A stretch of 63,538 bases of DNA from an uncultured Staphylococcaceae bacterium (GCA_964480275.1 CAYZOC010000001.1:1-63538); one strand, 5' to 3'; positions 19,342 through 28,003 are shown, numbered from the stretch's first letter. Translations and numbers: made by a program. The notes: generated by a model from the letters alone, not told the origin.

Positions 19342-20456
19342 ACTTCATCTCCTTGTAATATGTATGAAATCTCATTTTCACGTCCACATATTTCTTCAAC
19401 CCGTGTAACCTTGGCATCCTTATCGACAATAGTGTAGCGGATCTTTTTGTTGCGCCCAATCACACTATTAGTAAAGATGATTGAATTTTCCACACTAGCG
19501 CCACTATCAACGTGCACACCACGCGATAATATTGAATTATGCACGCGCCCTTCAACAAGTGAGCCATTGGCAATAAATGAATGAGTAACATCAGCTCCAC
19601 TACCATACTTAGCCGGTGGTGTATCATGTGTGACGGTATAAATCGGCCAGTCTGGACGGAATAGTTGCCGTCTAACTTTAATGTCTAAAAGTTCAAAACT
19701 ATAATCAAAATAGTGTTGCAAACTATCAAAACAGCGTAAATAGCCATTGTATTCATAGGTATGAACAACCATCCCGCTACCAATCTTAAACGCTAAGAGA
19801 TCATCTAATTGAAAGAAGGGTGAAATACTTTTAGCTTCTTCAAGAAGTTGCGCAAATGTTTGCCGATTAATCACAAACGTTTCCATCGAAATATTTGCCT
19901 CGTTGATCGCCCCTTTATTACGCCCGACATTAATAACACATTGTTGATAGTTGAGAGTGAGAACATCACGATCAATAAAGTCAGTTTTGGCATTATCAAC
20001 AGCCTTATAGACCATCGTCACTTCCGCTTTATTACGTAAATGTTCACTAATTATTGGTCGGAAATCAATCGGAGCAATAAAATGTGATGGTGCAATAACG
20101 ATAATATCAGCATCACTTTGGTTGATAATCCACCGATTCATTGATAGATTTGCAATGTCAGTATTATAACCACTCCCACGTTTTACGCCATGCTCATTAT
20201 AAGCAATTACTTCAAAACCAATTTTGGTATTAACACTCCATGTATTACGCGAACCCATATGTTTTAGAATTGAGCGCGGATGTTGATTGACAAGTAATCC
20301 AACACGATCAATGCCGCTATTTGTAAAGTTGGATAACATGATATCCATAAAAGCATAGCGACCAAGAAAACTTGTCGAAGCAATCGTCCTTCGACTTGTC
20401 AAAGGTCCTAGTTCTGGTGATTGATGAAGATTAAGAAATCCTAATACTTTTGCCAT
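19338..20456 (-). CDS. glgD: glucose-1-phosphate adenylyltransferase regulatory subunit GlgD
   Basis: Paralog of GlgC that lacks the GGxGxRL motif. It sits between glgC and glgA, as in Bacillota, and overlaps glgA by 4 nt. Confidence 0.8.
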   Translation of the reverse strand: MAKVLGFLNLHQSPELGPLTSRRTIASTSFLGRYAFMDIMLSNFTNSGIDRVGLLVNQHPRSILKHMGSRNTWSVNTKIGFEVIAYNEHGVKRGSGYNTDIANLSMNRWIINQSDADIIVIAPSHFIAPIDFRPIISEHLRNKAEVTMVYKAVDNAKTDFIDRDVLTLNYQQCVINVGRNKGAINEANISMETFVINRQTFAQLLEEAKSISPFFQLDDLLAFKIGSGMVVHTYEYNGYLRCFDSLQHYFDYSFELLDIKVRRQLFRPDWPIYTVTHDTPPAKYGSGADVTHSFIANGSLVEGRVHNSILSRGVHVDSGASVENSIIFTNSVIGRNKKIRYTIVDKDAKVTRVEEICGRENEISYILQGDEV

Positions 20457-20464
20457 ACTTCCTC

Positions 20465-21583
20465 CTACTTGTGAACAAGAACAATTTCATCGCTATTTTC
20501 GTTGATAATTCGCCCTTCTTCGACGACAACATCATTTGCAACAATTGCGTTGTACACTTTTGCTCCTTTTTTAATAATTGCCCCAGGTAAAAGTACGGAG
20601 TTAATCACCTCAGTATATTTTTCAACAAGAACTTCGTTACTAATAAGGCTATGATAAACTTTTCCTAAAATATTAGCGCCTTGATTTATCACCGAATTTT
20701 TGACATCAGCATGTTTACCAACATATTGGGGGACACTATGAGTATCCTCACCATAAATCCGGCCGTGGCGAGTAAAGTCAAACATCTCATCATCATCCAT
20801 ATGATCGATTAAGTCCATGTTGGCTTCCCACAAACTTCTGATTGTCCCAACATCCTTCCAATAAGAATTAAAGCGATAGGCAAAAGCCCGTCGTTTTTTT
20901 TCCAAAAACTTAGGAATTATGTTTTTACCAAAATCATGTTCGCTTGTTTCATCTTTGCTGTCTTTGACTAGTAATTGTTTGAGCATTTTATATTTAAAAA
21001 TATAAATTCCCATACTAGCAAGTGTCGATTTTGGTAGTTTTGGTTTCTCTTCAAATTCCCTAATCCGATCATTTTTATCAACACTCATAATTCCAAAACG
21101 TTTTGCTTCTTCGTATGTAACATTCAACACGGCAATTGTTACATCGGCTTTTTTTGTTTTGTGAACTTCAAACATTGCCTGATAATCCATTTGATATATA
21201 TGATCGCCCGAGAGGATTAGAACATGCTCAGGATTATGGGCGTCAAGAAACTGGATATTTTGAAAAATCGCATCAGCCGTGCCCCGAAACCAATAGTAAC
21301 CTTCCTCTGTTTGCCGCGGTGGGAGGACAACCGCATGACTACCGACGCCATTAAGTCCCCACTTTTCACCATTACCAATGTAAGTTGAAAGATTAATCGA
21401 TTCGTATTGTGTGACAACGCCGACAGTGTTGATGCCACTATTTGCGCAGTTTGAAAGCGGAAAATCAATTATTTTATATTTTCCACCGAAGCTAACAGCT
21501 GGCTTTGCATCTTTACTGGTCAATTGGTAAAGACGGGTTCCTTTACCGCCAGCAAGAATCATTGCAATGAGTTCTTTGCCCAT
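20465..21583 (-). CDS. glgC: glucose-1-phosphate adenylyltransferase
   Basis: Contains ILAGGKGTRL, FRGTADA and a left-handed beta-helix C-terminus. Confidence 0.93.
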   Translation of the reverse strand: MGKELIAMILAGGKGTRLYQLTSKDAKPAVSFGGKYKIIDFPLSNCANSGINTVGVVTQYESINLSTYIGNGEKWGLNGVGSHAVVLPPRQTEEGYYWFRGTADAIFQNIQFLDAHNPEHVLILSGDHIYQMDYQAMFEVHKTKKADVTIAVLNVTYEEAKRFGIMSVDKNDRIREFEEKPKLPKSTLASMGIYIFKYKMLKQLLVKDSKDETSEHDFGKNIIPKFLEKKRRAFAYRFNSYWKDVGTIRSLWEANMDLIDHMDDDEMFDFTRHGRIYGEDTHSVPQYVGKHADVKNSVINQGANILGKVYHSLISNEVLVEKYTEVINSVLLPGAIIKKGAKVYNAIVANDVVVEEGRIINENSDEIVLVHK

Positions 21584-21641
21584 GTTTTCCTCCTCAGGAT
21601 GATGCTATGTAATCGTTACATGTTAATTTTATCATTAAGAG

Positions 21642-21665
21642 TAAAAAAAGACCATAATGGTCTTT
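21642..21665 (-). terminator. terminator at the end of the SMC-like operon
   Basis: Minus strand reads aaagacca-tta-tggtcttt followed by a T-run, 7 nt after the stop of the 1125-aa ORF. Confidence 0.6.
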
Positions 21666-21671
21666 CTTTAT

Positions 21672-24600
21672 TTACGAGACAGTAATACTTTCTTCTTTGG
21701 CGTAAAGCTGGACATGTGAGGCGTTACGACCACGAAGAACTACGAGTGTTTCATCAACAAGTTCGCTTATATCGGCGACTTTGTCGCTCGGCGCGCTAAG
21801 AATTGCTTGGAGCCCAAACTTTCGTAAAAGTTTAATTGATTCCTTGATCCGTCCCCCATCCATTTTTGAAAATGCCTCATCAAAAATAATTATACGAGCA
21901 CTATTGGCCAATTCACCACTTTCATGAACACGATAGAGTTGGGCAAAACTAGCAAGGACGCTAATGTAGAATGGTGTTTGTGTTTCACCACCCGACTTCT
22001 TCTTGAGCATTTTCGAAAGTCGTTGCTCATTACCACCCTTGTCTTTAACAATTAGGTCAAAATCAAGGTAGTTACGATAATCTGTAAACTTATCGACATT
22101 AGCTAGAACTTGTGCGTTTTTATCTCCTTCACCCGCAAGAACAATTTGGGCGAATAGATTTTTCATCACTTCATCATATTTTTGTAAAAATTCACTATCA
22201 TCTTCACCGACCTTTAAGAGTAAATCATCTTTAATCATGTCATAATATGGACGATAAACATTACTTGGACGAACAGTAAAACGGTAAGAGTCATTACCAA
22301 AAGTCGAAGCGCTTAGAGCATGATTCAAGTCTTCAATTTGATCTTCAACTGTTTCAATCGCACTTCTCAACTTACTAATAAAGTCATTTTTAAATTGTTT
22401 GACTGCTTTTTGATATGCGTCATGAATTTTTTGCTCATAAGCAGGAAGTTTAACTTCTCTCATCTCATTTAATTCGTCATCATATATATCATTATCTTGG
22501 TTGTTGGTATCATAACTAAGACGATAATCAAGCACATACTCTTTTCTTAATTTATTAAGTTGCGTGAATATGTTATTAACTAGATATTGGGCATGGCCAA
22601 ACTTGACGCGATAATCAGTATTAATATCAAGTGGAGTTTTACCTTCATCAATAAGTTTTTTGAAATGTGGTTCCGCCTCTTCGTCAACAAAGAAAACGTC
22701 AAATCCTTGAGAAAGTTTTTGTTCTCTTTCTTTAACGATTTGTTGGGCTTCAGGAATTCGATCACGGTTGAGACTATCAATAGTAGTTTTTAATTTGCCT
22801 TTTTCTTCAAATAAGCTAGACCTTTCAACTTCCAAACCTTTAATATCTTCTTCAACTAGAAGAATACGTTTTTGCAGTCCTTCAAGTTGTGAAAGATCAT
22901 GTTTCTTTAATTCGCCTTGGACGTATTCAAGTGTTGTTTTTAACGGGGCAAGATCACGAAGACCAACGATTAAATTATTAGTATTTGTAATCTCGTTAGA
23001 ATTTATAATTTCGAGCCGGTTAGCACTACTTGCCACTTCAAATAGACGTTTATACACTTGTAGGCGTTTATTATAGAAAGCAATTTCTTGCTTTTTTTGA
23101 TTGATTACTGCCTGCTCGACTTCACGGCCAAAGAAGCTAGGCGTATATAGACGTGGATGAAGTTTACCAAGTGAAAAACTACGGTAAATATCACATTCCG
23201 CTGTAATACCATTACCGGAGTTGCGTGCTTCTTGTGGCGTCTTACACTTTTGGAGCCGACCGACAAGAAAATTAGCATAAGCTTCAGCACCAACATGATC
23301 TGTGGCAATTTCTTCGGCTAATGAGTTTTTATCACAGCGGTAATTGCGTTCAATCAACCGATCTTGATCAACAAGCGTCGTTCCATAGTAGCGGTATTCA
23401 CCTAAGAGATTTTTCAAAATATCATAGGCTTCAAGGTAATATTCACCTTCGACAAACATATTAAAGCGTTGATTGCTCATGATTCCTTCAATTGCGTTCC
23501 GCCACTTTTGATCTTTAACATCAATTAAATCGGCAAAGAAATCGACTTTAACGGTACGGCCATGACGATTTGAAAGAACGTTTTGCAGTTCAGTCCTTAT
23601 TTGCACAAGTGATCGTTCATAGGGTTTACCACCATTTTGCAAATCAATTTCCTGTTGTCGTAGTAGGGCTTGTTCATGATCAGCACTTTGAATAATACGT
23701 GTGAGAGTGACACTAAATACGCTAAGTCTTTGCTTGAAAAGGCTAAGTTTTTCCCGCCATTTTTCTAAATCTTCGCTGTTGATTGATTTAATATCATTGA
23801 GTTTAGTATCACGAAGTTCTAATGATTTTTCTAAAACTTCGTAGGCAATTTTATTTAAGTCTTTAAATTCCTGGTCAATATCTTGGAAATAGACATCATC
23901 AATTTCATCAAATAACGAAGTAATTGTTTGACTTGCTTGAATGTAGTCCTCTAAATATCCTTCAAGATTAGAGACCAATTGCATTTCCGTTTGTTGCAAA
24001 AGGGCAATCTTCTCTTTTGTCGTTGCTTCTTGCTCTCTTAATTCATCAGTGATCCGATAAGTGTCACTACTAGCGCTATCTTGAATAAGGCGCATTTTTC
24101 GCCGATTCAATTCCGCAATATTAGCTTCAACTTCGCTGAGATCGACTTCGATTTCCAATAGACGATCTTTAGCTTTTTTTATTTGTGAATAATAAGAATC
24201 TAATCTATTTTTATCGTTTTGATAGGTTGCCTTTTCGATAATATATTCAAATAAGCGCATGTTGTTACGATGATCATCATACATTTTATAGGTGCGATTA
24301 ATTTCTTCAAGTCGTTCAACTCTTCTTTTCATCACTAGCGCTTCTTCTTCAAGCTTTTTATATTGCAATATATTATCTTGCATGGGAACAATATCAATGT
24401 TTTTTTGTGGATCACAAACATATTCTGTAATGAAGGTTGTAATATCAGTAATTGGGGTAAAACTTACTGCTTTTTTAAAGAGCGAAAAATACTTATCTTT
24501 GAGTCCGCCAAATTCGCGTTTTAATGTTTCTTGATATTGGCGGTTGCTATCGAAAAATTTAAACTTGTCTGGATAATTTTCACTAAAAAATTGATTGAGT

Positions 24601-25049
24601 GCCCGATATTCCATCGGAACCTTATCGACAATAAATTCATTGTTTGGAATCGCGTCTTTTAAATGGAAAAAGCGGTGTTCTTCACTACCATCATCAAATA
24701 CATCAAACACACAGCCTAGCGTAAAACTATCTTGATGGATATCATCAAAGAACTCAAGAGCGATGTAACTTGTAAAGCGGCCATTACGCAAGTAATTAAA
24801 GCCCCCGTCAAGCGTATCACCAAGTTCGCCCCGAAGATAACCCTTCAAGGTTCGATTTGATTTGTCCATTGCCGCTTTATTAAAAAAGCGCCCAGTCGTA
24901 TCACCTAAAAGGATTAATTGTAAGGCATCGATTAAGGTCGATTTACCACTAGCGTTAAGCCCCGTTAAAAAGACAATTGGTTCAATATTTATTGTCTCAT
25001 TCCAAAAATAATGCCAATTAATAATCTTAACTTTTTTTAGTGTTCTCAT
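21672..25049 (-). CDS. SMC-like ATPase of the MukB / JetC (Wadjet) / MksB type
   Basis: N-terminal head is VFLTGLNASGKSTLIDALQLILLGD (Walker A). The C-terminal head has SGGETQTPFY (signature motif) and IIIFDEAFSKMD (Walker B/D-loop). About 750 aa of heptad-rich sequence is interrupted by a hinge-like globular segment (WRNAIEGIMSNQRFNMFVEGE...). Overlaps the upstream gene by 4 nt. Confidence 0.8.
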   Translation of the reverse strand: MRTLKKVKIINWHYFWNETINIEPIVFLTGLNASGKSTLIDALQLILLGDTTGRFFNKAAMDKSNRTLKGYLRGELGDTLDGGFNYLRNGRFTSYIALEFFDDIHQDSFTLGCVFDVFDDGSEEHRFFHLKDAIPNNEFIVDKVPMEYRALNQFFSENYPDKFKFFDSNRQYQETLKREFGGLKDKYFSLFKKAVSFTPITDITTFITEYVCDPQKNIDIVPMQDNILQYKKLEEEALVMKRRVERLEEINRTYKMYDDHRNNMRLFEYIIEKATYQNDKNRLDSYYSQIKKAKDRLLEIEVDLSEVEANIAELNRRKMRLIQDSASSDTYRITDELREQEATTKEKIALLQQTEMQLVSNLEGYLEDYIQASQTITSLFDEIDDVYFQDIDQEFKDLNKIAYEVLEKSLELRDTKLNDIKSINSEDLEKWREKLSLFKQRLSVFSVTLTRIIQSADHEQALLRQQEIDLQNGGKPYERSLVQIRTELQNVLSNRHGRTVKVDFFADLIDVKDQKWRNAIEGIMSNQRFNMFVEGEYYLEAYDILKNLLGEYRYYGTTLVDQDRLIERNYRCDKNSLAEEIATDHVGAEAYANFLVGRLQKCKTPQEARNSGNGITAECDIYRSFSLGKLHPRLYTPSFFGREVEQAVINQKKQEIAFYNKRLQVYKRLFEVASSANRLEIINSNEITNTNNLIVGLRDLAPLKTTLEYVQGELKKHDLSQLEGLQKRILLVEEDIKGLEVERSSLFEEKGKLKTTIDSLNRDRIPEAQQIVKEREQKLSQGFDVFFVDEEAEPHFKKLIDEGKTPLDINTDYRVKFGHAQYLVNNIFTQLNKLRKEYVLDYRLSYDTNNQDNDIYDDELNEMREVKLPAYEQKIHDAYQKAVKQFKNDFISKLRSAIETVEDQIEDLNHALSASTFGNDSYRFTVRPSNVYRPYYDMIKDDLLLKVGEDDSEFLQKYDEVMKNLFAQIVLAGEGDKNAQVLANVDKFTDYRNYLDFDLIVKDKGGNEQRLSKMLKKKSGGETQTPFYISVLASFAQLYRVHESGELANSARIIIFDEAFSKMDGGRIKESIKLLRKFGLQAILSAPSDKVADISELVDETLVVLRGRNASHVQLYAKEESITVS

Positions 25050-25687
25050 TCTTCATCCCCCTCAACCGCACTAAGGCTAGTGCCATTTAGCTTATCGAGC
25101 GCTTCGCTTATCGCGACGATTTTTTGTTGATCAACTGCGTACAAAATCGAAGGGAGTAAATAAAATGTCGCATTACCTTCATCATAGTTGCCACTTACTT
25201 TTGCAATAATGTTATGGTCAGCTAATATTTTAAGCGCGCGGCCAACAAGACGACCATTAATTTTACGATTAGGTAGACTTATACCCCGGTCATACATAAG
25301 CTTCAAAACTGAAGTGGTCGTAAGATAAACCGACTCGCTAGATTGACTGGATTCACTTTTCTCGTTTTCATAAATAAGGCGGAGCACAAATAAAATTAGT
25401 GAAACTTCGCGGTCAAACCTGATGCGATTATCTTCAAATTCATTAATAATATAGAAAACTCCGGCTAACAGGTCTTTTTCTAACCTCCATCCACTGTAGG
25501 ATAAGTAGGATTCCATCACATCAAAATGCCGTTCGATAAAACGGAAATCACTATTAATTTTAATTGTCTTCTCCCGGCGATCAAAATAGTCACGGACACA
25601 AAATGAACTCAGGAGTAAACTATTAATAACGCGAGCAAATTGATCTTGATCAGCCCGTGATAGTTTTAAAATATTTTCTTCAAACAT
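25046..25687 (-). CDS. MukE / JetB-like small subunit (assigned from architecture)
   Basis: 213 aa with an acidic C-terminal tail (SAVEGDEE). It sits between the kleisin-sized gene and the SMC-like gene, sharing 1 nt (TAATG) upstream and 4 nt (ATGA) downstream. The N-terminal LSRADQDQFARVINSLLLSSF... resembles JetB/DUF4194-like proteins as I remember them. Confidence 0.5.
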   Translation of the reverse strand: MFEENILKLSRADQDQFARVINSLLLSSFCVRDYFDRREKTIKINSDFRFIERHFDVMESYLSYSGWRLEKDLLAGVFYIINEFEDNRIRFDREVSLILFVLRLIYENEKSESSQSSESVYLTTTSVLKLMYDRGISLPNRKINGRLVGRALKILADHNIIAKVSGNYDEGNATFYLLPSILYAVDQQKIVAISEALDKLNGTSLSAVEGDEE

Positions 25688-27114
25688 TATGCTTCTAATT
25701 CCTTTCTTTTAAAGATTAGTTTTGGTAGTCGGTAACCATAATTAACTATGTGGCCCGGCATTGTTTCAATTTCATAAAAACATTTTTCGTCGTTAGTCTT
25801 GATGGCTGCAAGAATTAGAAGAATAAAGGCATCAAAATCAGGAAGTGGGATATCTTCAATTTTTAATTCATGATCATTAGCAAATGCCATTTCCATAAAA
25901 TCAAACACCCGCTTATCAGTAAATATATTACGCGCTTGATCAAGAAATCCTTCCATCAATTTTTCTCCAAGATCATCATAATCGTAAACCTCGAGTGGTT
26001 CTCCTTCTAATTTGTACTTACGCAAAACAGGAAGTGTAATTGAATCAGGGGTAATATAACCCTGATGAGACATGTTGATTGCTTCACGGAAACCATTAAA
26101 AAGTGGCCTCATGTTATCATCTTTTTGCATCATTTCTCCATAATGCTTAAAGATATTATCAAGATGTCCTTTAATCGTTTTATCACTATTATTAAGATAT
26201 AAAATTTTACTAGCGCTGGCCTTTGTGTATTCTTGATGTTTGCCATCAATTTGTTCGATCATTTCGTCAAGCGTTTCATACATATCACAAATATAATTTA
26301 TCTTTGTAATAATATCTTTCTCGGCCTCAACTTTATTCATACTTCGTGTCCACATAACCGATTGCATAACTAGTTGACTTCTAATTTCTTGATCATGGAG
26401 CCAATTTTGCAAAATTGTAATAATCGGACGTTTGAATTTTGCGACACTATCAAAGGTTTTTAAAGGATGATAGTAGCGGTCACTAACACGAGCCTTATAC
26501 TGATCAAAATAATCAGCAAGAATTGAGTTAGTCGAAAAAACACGGCCTAAACGATTTTGAAAAATTCTAATACTATGGCCAAGAGTTATTAATTCAGTCT
26601 TTAGTTTACGTGTTGATTCATAGGCACGAATTAGTGTTGCATACAAAAATTCATCACGTTCTTCATCTTCGCCCTTTAACTCGGTATACGTGGCGTGGAC
26701 CAGCGAAACATATTCGCCACTATCGTCACTAGTTAATTCATCAAGAAGGGTTAAAAAAGAAATTGTGTAACTAGGAAGAGCTAAATGCTCGTCAAAAGTA
26801 CCGGTGTCCATTTCAATATCGATCCACCCGCATTCTTCTAAGCGCCGAACAACGAACGCCGCTTTAGATGGAAGATCGTCACTTATAAAGTCATCACTTT
26901 CATCCTCAAGGTCTTGTTCTTCCTTTAAATCCAAATTTAAAAGGATGTCGCGATATTTATCACGAAGGGTGCGGATAAAGTCACTTTTTTTAATACTCAA
27001 TTCATCTGTTTGTAAAGAATGATAAAGAACCAATAAGGCTTCAGCATATATGTCTTTATTTTTACTGGCAAGAATTGAAAAGAAATTGTCAGGTAAAATT
27101 GTAAATAAACGCAA
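25687..27114 (-). CDS. MukF / JetA-like kleisin-sized subunit (assigned from architecture)
   Basis: 475 aa and first gene of the operon. TTG start at 27114, 8 nt after AGGAG. Contains an acidic linker, EEQDLEDESDDFISDD. Size and position match MukF/JetA, but I cannot cite a diagnostic motif. Confidence 0.45.
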   Translation of the reverse strand: MRLFTILPDNFFSILASKNKDIYAEALLVLYHSLQTDELSIKKSDFIRTLRDKYRDILLNLDLKEEQDLEDESDDFISDDLPSKAAFVVRRLEECGWIDIEMDTGTFDEHLALPSYTISFLTLLDELTSDDSGEYVSLVHATYTELKGEDEERDEFLYATLIRAYESTRKLKTELITLGHSIRIFQNRLGRVFSTNSILADYFDQYKARVSDRYYHPLKTFDSVAKFKRPIITILQNWLHDQEIRSQLVMQSVMWTRSMNKVEAEKDIITKINYICDMYETLDEMIEQIDGKHQEYTKASASKILYLNNSDKTIKGHLDNIFKHYGEMMQKDDNMRPLFNGFREAINMSHQGYITPDSITLPVLRKYKLEGEPLEVYDYDDLGEKLMEGFLDQARNIFTDKRVFDFMEMAFANDHELKIEDIPLPDFDAFILLILAAIKTNDEKCFYEIETMPGHIVNYGYRLPKLIFKRKELEA

Positions 27115-27141
27115 AATAAAATCTCCTATTTCAATAACTTT

Positions 27142-27170
27142 ATATTAACATATAAATAGCGATAATTGAA
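27142..27170 (-). promoter_or_regulatory. candidate promoter of the SMC-like operon
   Basis: Minus strand reads TTCAAT (27170-27165), 17-nt spacer, TAATAT (27147-27142), with TGt giving an extended -10. Confidence 0.35.
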
Positions 27171-27667
27171 TGCTTAAAACTAAGTTTTTCACTAGTTTTT
27201 TTACTTTAATTTGCTATAATCACTTCATGAAATTAAAACCACGTCTTAGTCGCATCATTCTTCCCTATCTGGTAATCTATCTAGCGCTTGTGATTGCTAG
27301 TTATTTTATTGTTGGTTTTTCTTTTCCCCCAACACTTTCACACTACTTGATCACGGGTTTATGGACCGGTGGTTTTGCAATTTTGACTTTTATGGGTGTT
27401 AAATATAATAGTTACGAAATACATAAAAATCATATTATCCATCACAAGGGTTTTGGCAAAATTACCTATGAATTTGATAGCATTCTTTATATTGATGAAA
27501 CGTATTCAAGAAAACATAAAACACTACTTTTTTACACCGATAAAGGTGATGAAAGATTTCTAGCGTTGGATAAGAAAAACATTTTGTTAGAAAAGACGCT
27601 CGAGCGCTCTAAAAAATGCGTGAGCAAAGCGGAATTCACCAAACGTTTTCCGCGGGTTAAATTATAA
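27170..27667 (+). CDS. small membrane protein with two TM helices plus a bacterial PH-like (YdbS/bPH_2-like) domain
   Basis: Two hydrophobic helices are followed by YEIHKNHIIHHKGFGKITYEFDSILYIDE... An alternative start at ATG 27227 lies 6 nt after TGcTATAAT (27212-27220), which would make the mRNA leaderless. Neither start has a Shine-Dalgarno sequence. Confidence 0.4.
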   Translation: MLKTKFFTSFFTLICYNHFMKLKPRLSRIILPYLVIYLALVIASYFIVGFSFPPTLSHYLITGLWTGGFAILTFMGVKYNSYEIHKNHIIHHKGFGKITYEFDSILYIDETYSRKHKTLLFYTDKGDERFLALDKKNILLEKTLERSKKCVSKAEFTKRFPRVKL

Positions 27668-27675
27668 CGAATTTA

Positions 27676-27704
27676 TTGCAATGACTACTAAGTTATGATA
27701 TAGT
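27676..27704 (+). promoter_or_regulatory. sigma-A promoter for rpmB
   Basis: TTGCAA (27676-27681), 17-nt spacer, TATAGT (27699-27704). Confidence 0.5.
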
Positions 27705-27738
27705 TTAAAAGATTCGAGAGAGTAAGGGAGGAATTTAC

Positions 27739-27930
27739 ATGTCAAGATATTGCCCAGTCACCGGAAAAGGTCCTTTAAGTGGTAACAATCGTAGTCATTC
27801 ACTACGTGCAACAAGACGCCGTTGGGGAGTTAATCTCCAAAATTTTAAAGTTGAAGTTGATGGCAAAGTTCAAACTGTACGGATGTCAACCCGTGCCTAT
27901 AAGAGCTTAGTTAAAAACCAAAAAGCTTAA
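27739..27930 (+). CDS. rpmB: 50S ribosomal protein L28
   Basis: Starts MSRYCPVTGKGPLSGNNRSHSLRATRRRW. Length is 63 aa. Confidence 0.95.
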   Translation: MSRYCPVTGKGPLSGNNRSHSLRATRRRWGVNLQNFKVEVDGKVQTVRMSTRAYKSLVKNQKA

Positions 27931-27956
27931 TCGGATAAACTAACAAATAATGAGAA

Positions 27957-27985
27957 AACCCTAATCCAACGATTAGGGTTTTTTA
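27957..27985. terminator. bidirectional terminator (rpmB and the convergent membrane-protein/rpe operon)
   Basis: aaccctaatc-caac-gattagggtt, flanked by an A-run and a T-run. Confidence 0.7.
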
Positions 27986-28003
27986 CTTGTCATCAACTTT
28001 CAA

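Noticed and set aside
22768-23076. 102-aa plus-strand ORF, with neighbours at 22587-22793 and 24292-24534, inside the SMC-like gene
   Set aside because: These lie antisense to a Lys/Glu/Leu-rich coiled-coil gene. Their composition is Ser/Phe/Leu-rich and low-complexity, and they have no RBS. This is the typical shadow ORF of an AT-rich coding region.
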